The notes under the pieces are model-generated. The model was not told the DNA's origin. It was given only the letters and a program-made list of their open reading frames with translations, and did no database searches. Positions 11,136-24,984 of a stretch of DNA of 64,000 nt are shown in pieces. Source of the DNA: Octopus vulgaris (taxonomy: Eukaryota); contig OX597816.1 of the NCBI GenBank assembly GCA_951406725.2, positions 131,812,001 to 131,876,000 of the forward strand, given 5' to 3'. Numbering within the stretch: position 1 is the stretch's first letter; the number at the start of each line of letters is the position of its first letter. Made by a program: the position numbers and the translations under genes.

Positions 11136-11890
11136 ACATCATCAGTCTGATTATGAACAGGATCATGATTAGGATCATCACCATCATCATAGTTGCCACC
11201 ATCACCATCATCATCATACTACCATTAACTACCTCCATCACATTCACTATCTCCTTCACTTCTATTTACCCCTACCCACACATGCAACATCATCTGTATA
11301 TTCTGAGGTCAGTTGTACTTCTAATACAAGCTTTACGCATAAATAATTTCTAAATGAATAACTATTCCGAAATCAACAACCTGATTTTTCATTACTGCTG
11401 ATTCATGTTAAGCTATATATATGGAAATTAGCTTAATTACTTATATAGATTATATAGGGTGGTGGACTGGCAGAGCCATTAGAGCATCAGATGAAGAAAT
11501 GCCTTTTTGCATATGTTCTAGCTCTTCACGATTTGAGTTCAAATTCTGCCAAGGTATTGACTTTCATTCCTCTAACATTGATGAAATAAACAATTGGTTG
11601 CAGGCCAGGTTTGATAAATTACTGTATTTACCAGAATACAAGTCATTGTAGTATATAGTGTAAACATTCAAAGATCATCTCTATCTCTCCAAATCCTGTC
11701 ATATTTCACATGTAATTTTTGGTCTACCAAAGTTGTTTTGGTGTTGAAGTCGACCTACCTTTTTGGATGTAAATTTCGGTCTAAAAAAATTCAATGGCGG
11801 TGCCCCAGCATGGCCACAGCTCATAAGCTGAAACTGGAAAAATCAAAATCAAAAAATCAAAACTGATATGTTGAGAAAATTTTGTTTAAA

Positions 11891-12165
11891 ACTGGCACTC
11901 CATTAGTTATGATGACAAGGGTTTCAGTTGGTTCAGTGAATGGAACAAACTGCTTGTGAAATTAATGTACAAGTGGCTGAGTACTCCACAGACACGTGTT
12001 CTCTTAATGTAGTTCTCGGGGAGATTCAGTGTGACACAGAATGTGACAAGGCTGGCCCTTTCAAATACAGGTACTACACATTTTTGCCTGCTGAGTGAAA
12101 GGGAGCAACATGAATGGCTTTATGATTGTGAAGCAAACACACCTGACCACCAAGCCATGTGCTTT
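11891..12165 (-). mobile_element. tRNA-derived SINE, family B
   Basis: Reverse complement of the 39796-40119 body. Confidence 0.75.
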
Positions 12166-12336
12166 TGCTGCCAGAAAATATGGTAGCATCAATTTGTACC
12201 AACATACAATGGGCTAGGATGATACTGTAGAGTTTATATCCTCACCAAACTAAGAGATCTGATGAGAGATTACATTGCTGTTACACAGGGCTGTCTTGGA
12301 AGATGATGATGATGATGATAATAGATGTGTGTGTAT

Positions 12337-14265
12337 ATCATCATCATCATCATTTAACGTCCACTTTCCATGCTAGCATGGATTGGACGATTTGACTGAG
12401 GTCTGGCGAACCAGACTCCAATCTGATCTGGCAGAGTTTTTACAACTGGATGCCCTTCCTAATGCCAACCACTCCGAGAGTGTAGTGGGTGGTTTTACAT
12501 GCCACTGGCACAAGGGCCAGTTTGGTGGTGCTGGCAACGGCCACACCCAAATGGTGCTTTTTATGTACGACCTGCACAGGAGCCAGTCCAGCGGCACTGG
12601 CGACGACCTCGCTCGAATGTTTCCCGTGCCACCAGCACAAGGTGCTAGTAAGGCGACGCAGTAACGATCACGCTTGAATGGTGTGCTTAATGTGCCATCG
12701 GCACGAAGGCCAGCTTGTTGCTCTGGCAACAATCTCTCTTGTACGGTACTCTTAGTGCTCCACTAGCAATGGATGCCAGTCACTGAGTTTGATTTCGACT
12801 TTGACTTGCCTCAACTGGTCTTCGCAAGCAGAGTTTAGCGTCCAATGAAGAAAAGGCATGCATAAGTGGACTGGTTACATCCCTAGCATAGGCCACAAGG
12901 TTATGGTCACACTTGCGCTTGCCGAGTCTTCTGCAGCACAGCATATTTCCAGAGGTCCCGGTCACTAGTCATTGCCTCAGTGAGGCCCAATGTTTGAAGG
13001 TCATGCTTCACCACCTCATCCCAGGTCTTCCTGGGTCTACCTCTTCCACAGGTTCCCTCAACCGCTAGGGTGTGGCACTTTTTCACACAACTATCTTCAT
13101 CCATTCTCACCACATGTCCATACCAGCGCAGTCGTCTCTCTTGCACAGCACATCTGATGCCTCTTAGGTTCAACCTTTCTCTCAGGGCACTAACACTCTG
13201 TCGAGTATGCACACTGACATTACACATCCATCGGTGCATGCTGGCTTCATTCCTTGTGAGCTTACACATATCCTCAGCAGTCACAGCCCATTTTTCACTG
13301 CCATGTAGTATGGCTGTTCATACACATGCGTCGTACAGTCTACCTTTTACTCTGAGTGAGAGGCCCTTTGTCACCAGCAGAGGTAAGAGCTCTCTGAACT
13401 TAGCCCAGGCTATTCTTATTCTAGCAGCTACACTTTCAGTGCACCCTCCCCAGCTACTGACTTGGTCACCTAGGTAACGGAAGCTATCAACTACTTCTAG
13501 TTTTTCTCCCTGGACTGTGGTGGAAGTTGTTCTCTGCACATTTTCAGTGTTATTTATAGCTCCTGAACGTCTGCCACATACGAAAACTATCCTCCCAGTT
13601 AGCCTTCCTCTGATATTGCTGCACCTCTTATGTGTCCATAGCTTACACTGGGTACATCTTATAGAGTTTCTACCTATGCCTTTTCTACAGATTGAACAGG
13701 GCCATCTACCTGAAGGGATTTGTGGTTTGCCTGCTTTCCTACTTATTAGGACTTTGGTTTTAGCTAGGTTGACTCTAAGGCCCTTTGATTCTAATCCTTG
13801 TTTCCACACTTGAAACTTCTCCTCTAGTTCTGTTAGTGACTCAGCAATTAGAGCAAGGTCATCAGCATAGAGGAGCTCCCAGGTGCATCCTGTCTTGAAT
13901 TCCTCTGTTATTGCCTGGAGGACTATGATAAATAGGAGGGGGATGAGGACTGAACATTGGTGGACCCCTACCACTACCCTGAATTCTTCAGTGTACTCGT
14001 TGTCAACCCTCTCCTTGCTTACAGCGTCCTTGTACATGGCTTGCACAGCTCTCACTAACCATTCATCTATCCCTAGTTTCCTCATTGACCACCAGATAAG
14101 GGATCGGGGGACCCTGTCAAAGGCTTTCTCCATGTCAACAAAAGCCAGGTACAGGGGCTTATCTTTGGCTAGGTATTTCTCCTGCAGCTGTCTAACCAGA
14201 AATATAGCATCAGTGGTGCTTTTCCTTGGCACGAAACCAAACTGCATCTCATCCAAACTGACTTG
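12337..14265 (-). mobile_element. 5'-truncated RTE-clade LINE with PHD-like zinc finger inserted in the RT, long 3'UTR and (GAT)n tail
   Basis: ORF 13318-14265 (MQFGF, FVDMEKAFD, GVHQ.SVL.P, LLYADD, FRYLG) continues in frame through one stop into 12907-13284 (RLRWYGHV, GRPRKTW). Confidence 0.93.
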
Positions 14266-14282
14266 CAATTTGGTTTCATATA

Positions 14283-14415
14283 TCATCATCATCATCATCA
14301 TCATCATTGTTTAACGTCCGCTTTCCATGCTAGCATGGGTTGGACGGTTCAACTGGGGTCTGGGAAGCCAGAAAGCTGCACCAGGCCCAGTTTGATCTGG
14401 CAGTGTTTCTACAGT
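14283..14415 (-). mobile_element. Extreme 3' end of the same LINE family
   Basis: (CAT)n followed by GTTTAACGTCCGCTTTCCATGCTAGCATGGG. Further 3' fragments at 14735-14985(+), 22890-23432(+), 26925-27255(-), 28580-28812(+), 29027-29191(+), 32278-32790(-) and 62210-62380(-). Confidence 0.8.
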
Positions 14416-14484
<69 letters not shown>

Positions 14485-15192
14485 TATGTTTGTGTGTCTA
14501 TGTTTGTTGTTCCCCCGCTATTGCCTGACAACCAATGTTGGTGTGTTTATGTCCCTGTAACTTAGCTGTTCGGCAAAAGAGACCAATAAAATAAGTACTA
14601 GGCTTACAAAGAATAGATCCTGGGGTCGATTTGTTTGACTAAAGGCAGTGTTCCAGCATGACCACAGTCAAATGCCTGAAACAAATAAAAGAATAAAAGA
14701 ATATATATATATATTATTTATTCTGCTGAAGAGGATTGGCCTGCAAGAACCCCATGCCAGTACCACATAAAATGCACCCATGCTAGTGCCATGTATAGAT
14801 CATCTAGCACACTCTGTAAGGTGGTTGGCATCAGGAATGGCATCGAGCCTTAGAAACCAAAGACTAGAGCCCAGTGCAGGTCTACTGCTTGCCAGCTCTG
14901 GTCAAACCGTCCAACTCATGCCCGCATGGAAAATGGAAAAAAGACGATAATGATTATGATGATGATGATGATAATGATGATGAATATATATATATATATA
15001 TATATACATATATAATTAATAATTTTGAAAATGGAGAGATTGATGTTTTATCAAACTTAATAATATATAAACTTATAATATATTTATTGAAAAAATATCT
15101 CTTCAAAATATAATATATTAAACCAGAGTATCTTGGATAAAACTATCCCTGTAAAAAGTTTAAGTATCTTCGTAGTACACACACACACGCAT

Positions 15193-15273
<81 letters not shown>

Positions 15274-16596
15274 CGCACACACCGACAGACTTCCACACAG
15301 TTTCTGTCAACGAAATTAATTCACAAGGCCTTGGTGGATTTGGAATTGTAGTAGAATGTACTTGCCCAAGGTACCAAACAGTGTAAATATAATGGAAATG
15401 ATATTGATGCATTGTGATTATTGAGCTGAAGATCTTAGCTGATTGGGTGACATGTGCAAGCAAGGCACACCATTATATCAAACAGCAAGAATGAAGGAGA
15501 GGAGTGAAGATGAAGATATGTTCTTTTCTTACTCTATGTTATTTTGCTTTGCTTTCTTCTTTTATAGGTAAATCAGAGGTGAAAGAGAGTAAACAAGCAT
15601 CATGCATTGCATTCTAAAGGCCTCAGTGACTGGTGGAATCCAAGATCAATATGAAGTTGATGCTTAACCTCCTCTAACACACTACTCTGAGTGACATCAT
15701 CAAAGTGGCCTGTACACCGCCAAGTTCCCATCACAACTGGAGGCTGTAGGTTTTGATTGTGCAGATGGTAAGTATCCTGACAAAATAACCCACTTTCCAT
15801 ACGATGGAGGTAAATCTGTATTTTTTCTTTGTTGAAGGAATTTTGAGGTTGCTGTTTTGGTTGTTGATTTCTAATTTTACTAATGTGTCCATACATTTTT
15901 TGTTCCAGGATTATGGGGCAAAGAAATACAAGAGTGAACATAAGAGATAATGGGAAATGATGTAGATTTGTGGTTAGTTATCACTTCCATATCCCAATAA
16001 GTGCTAATGAAAGTGACATGTGATCAAGGGACACCAAAACGGATTACCAAGTCCGAATGGCACCAACCACACTGACTGAAAGCCACAAAGCCATACTTGA
16101 ACTGTGTCCAAACTGAAGGTGCTGAGATATAGGGCCTAAGATTGATGCTACAGGTCAAAGTGTCTTGTGTCATTTGCTGTGTTAAGAATCACCTCAGAGA
16201 TGATTATCCAGGAAAAACTGGGAAAACTAAGCAAAGATAAGAAAAATGAAAATAATGAAGATCAACTGAAACAATAAAAAGAACAACAAGCCCCAGTTTC
16301 CAGGGTGCCATCGGCCAAAATTCTGGGAATTATGTCCACAATTAGAAATGGATGAACAAATATTTTATCCCATTATAAAGATAAACAATGGTATTACTTC
16401 ATTATCATAGAATGAAGAAGAAACATTAGTTACGGTTGGAGGAAATACAAAAGGCAAAAGAAGAAAATCTCTAAAAAAAATAAAAGGTAAAAAAAGAAAA
16501 CTTAACATAAAATTACAAAAATGGGTGAGGTGGAACAATTTCTTCAAAACAGCAATGATATCACTCTTCAGAAAAATAATGAAGAAAATGAAGAAC

Positions 16597-16828
16597 AGGC
16601 ACAGGAGTGGCTGTGTGGTAAATAGCTTGCTTACCAACCACATGGTTCCGGATTCAGTCCCACTGCGTGGCACCTTGGGTAAGTGTCTTCTTCTATAGCT
16701 TCGGGCCGACCAAAGCCTTGTGAAAGGATTTGGTAGACAGAAACTGAAAGAAGCCCGTCGTATATATGTATATATATATATATATATGTGTGTGTGTAGG
16801 TGTTTGTGTGAATGTGTTTGTCTGTCTT
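16597..16828 (+). mobile_element. 5' part of abundant SINE family O
   Basis: GGCACAGGAGTGGCTGTGTGGTA...GTTCCGGATTCAGTCCC head, as in 51236-51646. Confidence 0.85.
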
Positions 16829-16899
16829 ATTATTATTATTATTATTATTATCATCATCATCATCATTATTATTATTATTATTATTGTTATTATTATTAC

Positions 16900-16998
<99 letters not shown>

Positions 16999-17011
16999 CA
17001 TTATTATTATT
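16827..17011. repeat. (ATT)n microsatellite
   Basis: Seen directly. Confidence 0.97.
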
Positions 17012-17224
17012 TGGGTGGTGAGATAGCAGAACCATTAGCATGCTGGACAAAATGCTCAGCACTACCTCATCCATCTTCATGTTCTGAGTTCAAATTTTGC
17101 TGAGGCTGACTTTGCCTTTCATCCTTTTGAAGTCAATAAAATAAGTATGAGTTGAGCACTGCAGTTGGCGTGAATGACTTTCTCCCACCCTTGAAATTAC
17201 TGGCCTTATGCCAAAACTTGAAAC

Positions 17225-17440
17225 CATCATCATCATCATCATCATCATTGTTATTATCCTCATTGTCATTGTCATCGTCATCATCATAATCATCATAATC
17301 ATTAACATCTTCATTCATCATTATCATCGTTGTTGTTGTCGTCGTCGTTGTCGTTGTTGTTGTTGTCATCATTGTTGTTGTCGTTGTCGTTACAATCATC
17401 ATCGTCATCGTCATCATCATCAACATCATCATCATCATCA
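17225..17440. repeat. Degenerate (CAT)/(GTT)/(CGT) trinucleotide tract
   Basis: Seen directly. Similar tracts at 11081-11250, 41040-41176 and 49860-49970. Confidence 0.9.
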
Positions 17441-18266
17441 CCTTCATATTAGAGTTTGTCAGAAGGGGAGGATCCATGCCAATGATCTTTGCAGGCCTTC
17501 TAATGCCAGTTAGGATGTTGTGTCAATGCCCATCCTGAACATCTCCAGGTCAATGTCCGCAACAAAAATATGGAAATCTGATCAGAATGGTTGCAACCGA
17601 ATGAACTTCGCAAAAAGAACCCAAGGATTAAGTGACAGTATTAAAATGAGAAGTGTGTTAAGCCTACCACATAATATGTGTTTTTAATCAAACTACTCAT
17701 GGTTATATGTATTTTTGCGCATAAAGGATTTTCAGCTAGATCAAATTCCAGTATCAAAAGTCTCTAATTACTTAAACAAATATATGAAATAAAGCTTACA
17801 ATGTTTATTCAACAGACATAATTTAAAACTTGTACATACAATGTTCAAAAGTTTCACCTAATTTTGTACCAAATTTAAATTTTGTTGTTGTTATATTTGC
17901 ATTTAAGTAGTAATGTTTCTAATATAGGCATGAAAAATGAGAAGTTGCGATTTTTGTGTGGTTTCCAGAGGTTTTGATAATGTAAGTGAAATAGCAGATT
18001 TACTCAGCACTAGCTGCCAAACTGCTGCACATCTCACTTTGTATGCATGCAAATATAGACAGGCGAAAACATGCTCACATATATGCACACATGCTCACAT
18101 ACACACTAGCTCTCTCTTTCCACCCCTCTCTCTCTCTCTCTCACTGTTACTAAACACTGATAGTACTCCTAAGTTTGATCAAAATAATAGTGAATTCTAA
18201 ATTCAAGCTCTTTTCTCCTTGAGAGAAAGAATTTATAATAAATCAACTTGATACCATTATATTGTG

Positions 18267-18613
18267 AAGGTGCATGGCTCAATGGTTAGAGCAACGAGCT
18301 CTCAATCATGAGGTTATGAGTTTGATTCCTGGACCAGGTTGTGTGTTGTGCTCTTGAGTAAGTCACTTTATTTTCATGTTGCTCCAGTTCACTCATCTGT
18401 AGAAATGAGTTGTAACATCATTGGTGCCAAACTGTATTGGCCTTTGCCTTCCCTTGGATAACATCAGTAGTATGGAGAGAGGAGGCTGGTATGCAGGGTG
18501 ACTGCTGGTCTCCCATAAACAACCACGCCTGGACTTGTGCCTCAGAGGGTAACTTTCTAGGTGTAATCCCATGGTCATTCATGACCTAAGAAGATTTTTA
18601 CCCTTAACCCTTT
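18267..18613 (+). mobile_element. SINE family A copy
   Basis: Homologous to 688-1027. Confidence 0.85.
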
Positions 18614-18736
18614 TACTATTACATTACCAGCACTATATTCTATTGATCTTATAAGTGCTGAAACACTAATGTGTTCCCAACAGGGCTTCAACAAAGGCAT
18701 ATGAAGCTCAGAATTACATTATAACAAAACTTTTAA

Positions 18737-18939
18737 CCCTTTAGCATTGAAACCGACCATATCTAGCCAAAATATTCTACTTGCTTTATGTTCAAATTGG
18801 CCAGATTTGGCCTCTCCTACCTACCCTAGAATATCATTTTGAACATAGACAATCACATCATCAAAATCCCAAGGTTACAAGATAATGCAGGAAGGATAAA
18901 TTCAAAACAATGTGAATAAATTACCTGAATGCTAAAGGG
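18737..18939. mobile_element. piggyBac-like MITE
   Basis: TTAA|CCCTTTAGCATT ... AATGCTAAAGGG|TTAA. Other copies at 36995-37215 and 38166-39000. Confidence 0.8.
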
Positions 18940-19469
18940 TTAATATATCCCTTTACTTGCTGAACCAGTTCTCATAAGAAAATTGAATTAAATTTAGATT
19001 TCTAAAGAAAACAGATCTTCACCAAAAAGTCATCAAGTGTAAAACATAGAGAACCCTTATCTACCTCTAATCCCTTGTGCTTAAAAAAGGATCTCTGTAG
19101 TATTATAGATAAGTTGTAGAAGTTATTTTAAATGAAGCATCTTATATGAATTCTCCTCAGCTGTACAAGATATAACCTGATACTATTTATTGATGCAGTT
19201 GTCTGTTTTTCACAATGATGAGCTTTACCTATGCCAATGTACCTATTTATTACTATAAAAGTACTATAGAGTATATCTACAAGGTTTTTTTTCTTAACCC
19301 GCACAATGTGTTAATGACATGTATTTCCCATGTATGTACCATATATGCACAGAAAGAAAAAGGGTGAATAGCCATCACCTGTATCTACTTGTATTGAAGT
19401 CTTCATCAATTGCTGTGTACCACTTTAACTATCCACAAACATACTTGAATATATACCCATCAATATTGA

Positions 19470-20095
19470 TTTCAAATTTTGGCACAAGGCCAGCAATTTC
19501 AGAGGAGGGGCAAGTCAACTGGTACTTATTTATCAACCCATAAGGTTGAAAGGTAAAGTTGACCTTGGTTAAATTTGAATTTAGAACATAAAGACAAATG
19601 AAATGCCACTAAGCACTTTGTCTGGAATGATAACAATTCTGCCAGCTTGCCACCTTTGTATACCCATTAATACTGGTTTCAGATTTTGGCACAAGGTCAG
19701 CAACTTTAGGAGATGTTGGGTAAGTCGATTACATCGACCCCGGTGCTCAACTGGTACTTATTTTATCAACCCTGAAAGGATGAAAGGCAAAGCCAACCCC
19801 AGTAGAATTTGAACTCAGAATGTAAAGATGGATGAAATGCTTCTAAGCATTTTGCCCAGCATGCTGTTGATTCAGCCAGCTCACCACCCTATACATACCC
19901 ATTAATACTGGAGGTAAAAATTTAAGGCAGTGAGCTGGCAGAATCTTTACCATGCTAGGCAAAATGCTTAGCTGCATTTCGTTTATCTTTATATTCTGAG
20001 TTCAAATTCTGCCAAGGTTGACTTTGCCTTTCATCCTTTGGGGTCGATACAATCGAGTTTCCCCTTCCCCTTGTGTCAAAAATCTGAAACCAATA
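19470..20095. mobile_element. Cluster of three family K-related SINEs (19470-19655 -, 19672-19890 -, 19925-20095 +)
   Basis: Shared GAGCTGGCAGAA...TTCTGAGTTCAAATT...GACTTTGCCTTTCATCC motifs. Confidence 0.8.
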
Positions 20096-20481
20096 TTAGA
20101 AGTAAAAGTGTACTGTACTTAACAATTTCGTAGTAGTAAGATTGAACATTATCAAGTTACTACTTATAGGTTGTTTGGCCAACACTCTTAACACCAGTGA
20201 TTTAATGTTTAATCTCTTCACTACAAAAGTGAAGTGCAAGTTGATCTATCCAGCTTATTTGAACCTATGATATTAATTGGTTTATATGCAATATGTCTGT
20301 GGGTAGTTAAAGTGATATGCAAGTATACAAATGCTGATAAAGACACCAAAAGGAATCAAAATGTTTACAGTTACTTATTCTTCCTTTTTCTGTCTGCACA
20401 CATTGTACAGAATAAATTGTATACAATTGTCATAACACAGAATGTTGGTTAAAAAACAAAACAATGGATATGTTTGATAGT

Positions 20482-20699
20482 ATGAGTGGGTGCTGAAAAG
20501 TTGCTGGCATTAAGGGTATCGCAAAAGGTCTGGCTGGTGGCCCAACCTTCTAAGTTCTTTTACAGGGCTTAGGAAAACTGAAGGATCACTACAATAAGTG
20601 AGTGAATCTAAGAAGGGGAATAGGTTGGATAAAATCATAATTAACTGCTCCTCCTGTAATTTTTTTTACCCAAATCCAGGAACTTTTCAGTACCCCCTC

Positions 20700-20764
<65 letters not shown>

Positions 20765-20962
20765 TCCCTGGCTTTAAGGATATCGCAAAAGGCCTGAAGG
20801 ATTCCCAACCTTCTGAGTTCTTTTACAGAGCTTAGAAAAACTGAAGGACTGCTGTAATAATTGTGTGGATCTGAGAGGGGAATATGTTAGATAAAATCAT
20901 AATTAACTGATCCTCTTGTATTTTCTTTTAACCTAAGTCAAGAATTTTTCAGCACTCCTTCT
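20482..20962 (+). mobile_element. Two tandem mariner-derived MITEs separated by a (TG)/(TA) tract
   Basis: TIR GGGTGCTGAAAAGTT / AACTTTTCAGTACCCC. Copies at 20482-20701 and 20760-20962, with a third at 55493-55692. Confidence 0.8.
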
Positions 20963-22265
20963 TATATTATAACAATAATAACACTAAACATTGTTGACAG
21001 TGCAATAATTTAAGGTCTATTTATTATCTACATTTTAATGAACTGGGCTAATGATAACTAAGTGTCTTTGATATGGACATTACACTTAATCTATAACAAG
21101 TTTTGATGCTACCACTCGATCCTTTGATACTATTAAAGCAGTCCTTTCTATTGTAAGCATTCAGTGTAAGTGGTTCTCAACCAGGATCCATATAAGATTT
21201 TATTGATAAAATTTATGTGAAATAAGTTGGTAATACTTCTACAATACACAAAATATTTAAAGAATTTTTTAATACAATTCCTAATAGTATTTAATTATAA
21301 AAATAAAATGCAAATATTTAGCTTGTGAGTAATTTCTTCCCTTCCTCTTACTAGTCTTAGAAGATCTGCAAAACATCATGTATATTCCTGTAATGAAGCC
21401 ATAAAATAAAACAGTACTAAGTTGTATGATATGAACCAACAACCAACTGTCTGGTAGTGCAATGCATCAGTAACTCAGCCATATGTTACTCATGCAAGTA
21501 ATGATAAGTTGTGTGTGTCTAAGATATGAGTTAGTTTTATTGATACGCTTTCAAACAATTAAAAAAATTTGGTATTTTTATGAACAACACATCATAGGGA
21601 AATCACTTTTTTAAGGTCTCGAAACTATCTGTTATAATTCCTGTGTAAAGAATTAAAAGCTAATATCTGAGCCTCTTTTGATGTCAGATATATTTCACAG
21701 AGAAACTTTTATACTTGAACACATACAGGTGTTAAAATTTCATAATAGCATACTTGTCTTTTTTTTTTCCTTTGCCTGTTACAAGCAAACATTTTTAGAC
21801 TGTTCTGGTACAGGGAAGACACTAGATGTTCAGAGTAAGGCAGGGTGTTGGGAGTGAGCCTGGGTACAGTAAGCATCTGTCTTTCTGTGCTGTTGTTGAT
21901 CACTGGTGATCATTGTTAGTTAACCACCACCCTCCAAGCATTAATTCTATACTGATTTTTTGTTTCTTTTTCAGATATCTCTTACACAGAGCTGATTCAG
22001 TCAGCCATGCTTTCTTCTTCAGCTAGTTATGTAAACAGGATCTGCTTGGGCAGTCTTTCTGGTGATTTGGGATAACACATAAGACCTTTCTTTCTCAGAA
22101 ATCTTACTTGCCCAAATATTTTCTTCCTTAGATTAATTCACCAAATTTATTGATAGATATTAATTAGAAAGAACTGCAAAATCATTAATTATTCTGCTTG
22201 CCCTAATTTATCTAATTAATATCTACATCACCTGCATTTCATGGTTGAGAAATTAGTTCTAAAAT

Positions 22266-22421
22266 GATACATACATACCTACCTACCTACCTACCTACAT
22301 ACGTACATACATACATACATACATACATACATACATACATACATACATACATACATACATACATACATACATACATACATACATACATACATACATACAT
22401 ACATTCATACATACATACATA
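22266..22421. repeat. (TACA)n microsatellite
   Basis: Seen directly. Confidence 0.97.
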
Positions 22422-22422
22422 T

Positions 22423-22658
22423 ATGGTGAGTCAAAAGTAATGGCCAATTCCTGTTTTAGGGTTAATATGTATGACTTCCCAATTGGGAGATACTTTTGAT
22501 TCCTAATTCTTGTTTTATGGGTTGGGATATTAAAGAGTATCAATAAAATGATGCATGATTAAGACCTAGTAACTTTCGAAATTATCAGTAATAACTTGCA
22601 AAACAACAAGAAAAGGAATGATTTCTCAGAAACTGTGCACTACTTTTGAGTCACCCTG
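22423..22658. mobile_element. Tc1-like MITE
   Basis: Inverted ends GGTGAGTCAAAAGTA / TACTTTTGAGTCACCCTG, TA-flanked. Confidence 0.65.
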
Positions 22659-22851
22659 TATATAAAGATTAAAGTAAATATGAAAAGGCAAATCATTTGG
22701 ATTCACTTGAAAAGACATTTAATCTAGATAGAGAATGTATATATACAGAGTCTCTTACAGCCCTTTCTAGAATAGTCAAGCATGTGGATCATCATATTGA
22801 GTAAGGATTCCATAGGCTGAGTATTCCATCATATATGTGTGTGTATGTATG

Positions 22852-22892
<41 letters not shown>

Positions 22893-23394
22893 GAAAACCT
22901 TTAGTGATATGCTGTATTTGAGAAGGCTTGTCAAGCCAAATGAAATCATAGTTGAGGCCATTGTCAGTGTCACATAACTGGCACCCATGCTGGTAGCCGT
23001 AAAAAGCACCTTTTGAGCATTGGACCTCATGGAGGCAATCTGGCCGATGCCAGTGTCATGGAACTAGCACCCGTGCCGGTGGCACATAAAATGCACCTTT
23101 CGAGCATTGGGACTCATGGAGACAAAGACAAATAATTGAGACTTTTGGCAATATGTTGTGCTTGAAAAGGAAGCTAAGTAAAACCATAGTTGTGGCAGAT
23201 ACTGGTGTCATGCAACTGGCACCCATGCCAGTGGCACATAAAAGCATTCATTACACTCTCAGAGTGGTTGGTGTTAGGAAGGGCATCTGAGCATAGAAAC
23301 CATGCCAAACCAGACTGGAGTCTGGTGCAGCCCCTCAGTTTACCAGCTGTGGTCAGGCTGTCCAACCCATGCCAGCATGGACGACACACATTAA

Positions 23395-23473
<79 letters not shown>

Positions 23474-23918
23474 ATATGTCTTTGTGTTTGTCGCACACCA
23501 CTATTTGAGTTGATTTGTTTACATCCTTATAACTTAGCAGTTTGGCAAAAGGAACTGATAAGTACAAAGGTGCCCCAACATGGACACTGTCCAAAGATTG
23601 AAGCAAGTAACAGCTAAAAGATAACATGCTTTTTTCCCACTAATAGACTTATGGGCTACAGATAAGCTGTCTCCTATCAGAAATACTAAAGAGAAAACAA
23701 ACTAAAAGTGAAAATTGTTACATTGTTCTGTTTGTACATTGATTTGTCTATGTTAAATCAAGTCAAAAGGAGTTCATCACTTCACTGCTGCCAAAGCAGT
23801 GAACTAGCAGAATCATTACAGTATCAGTAAAAAATTCTTTGCAGTATTAGTTCTAAGTTCAAATCCTACCTGGGTCAACTTTGCCTTTCATATCTCTGGG
23901 GGTTGATAAAATAAAGTA

Positions 23919-24138
23919 AGGCGGCAAGTTGGCAGAAACGTTAGCATGCCGGGTGAAATGCTTAGCGGTATTTCGTCTGCCACTACGTCCTGAGTTCAAA
24001 TTCCGCCAAGGTCAACTTTGCCTTTCATCCTTTCGGGGTCGATTAAATAAGTACCAGTTACGCACTGGGGTCTTGATCTATTTGTCTGTCCTTGTTTGTC
24101 CCCTCTGTGTGTAGCCCCTTGTGGGTAGTAAAGAAATA
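23919..24138 (+). mobile_element. Family K SINE with 18-bp target-site duplication, nested in an older related SINE (23794-24240)
   Basis: TSD GGTTGATAAAATAAAGTA at 23901-23918 and 24139-24156. Confidence 0.9.
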
Positions 24139-24984
24139 GGTTGATAAAATAAAGTATTAGTCAAGTACAAGAGTCAACGGTATCAACTAGAACCCTGCCC
24201 TTAATATTGCTGGTGCTGCACCTAAATTAGAATCCATTATTTCACTGTTACATGTTTAAAATTTTCCATACAATTTTAAATATATCCAACACAAAGATGT
24301 AATAAAATCTCAAATTTCAACTCTTGGAAATTACTTTCTACTGTATAACTGATGAGATATAATTCTATGTGGCATTTTCCATAGTTTCACACATCAGGGG
24401 TGTTTGCTCATTCTATGTATGATGATGATGCTGACAACAACAATGCTCCTACAACCTACAGTGCCCATGTCCACCAGAGTTACCAAAGACAGTGATGGTG
24501 GTGTCTATGGTATCAATTATTATGATTATGATGATGTGTTACATGCAGATTTATCATCCCTTAATACTAAATTTTAGTCAGTTACTTACCTTGAAAAGTG
24601 CTTTTTTCACTTTTAGATCTTGTTAATAAAAACAGCATCCGGGACAGTTTGAGACTCCAGAGGGACAGTCTACAAACCAACTTGTTTACAGATATGTCCA
24701 TGCACTCATCATTCTCATCCTTAACTGCCAGTAAAGAGTATCAGGTTATACAGAAAGTTCTCTTTGATAGATAGTATGAACGAGTTGAAACCTGTTTTTG
24801 TAAAAGTTATAAATATTGGAGGGAAATTCACTTTAAAGCATAACCATTTCATAAAGAGTTATCATAGAGCAACAACAACATTTTAATACCTTTTACCTTT
24901 TATTTGTTTCAGTCATTAGACCTGACCATGTTGGCGCACTGCTGTGAAGAATTTTTTCAGTCAAATGAATTGCATGAAGAATCC

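Noticed and set aside
15568-15767. Exon-like segment with good acceptor (TTTCTTCTTTTATAG) and donor (ATG|GTAAGT)
   Set aside because: Stops in all three frames and no recognisable protein. It could be a non-coding exon but cannot be supported without RNA data.
21960-22110. Exon-like sequence after a pyrimidine tract
   Set aside because: The minus strand reads ERLPKQILFT*LAE, a decayed RTE LINE C-terminal fragment.
24591-24670. Possible minus-strand exon (TTTGTAG ... CAAG|GTAAGT) with one open frame
   Set aside because: Short, no recognisable homology and no partner exons identified.
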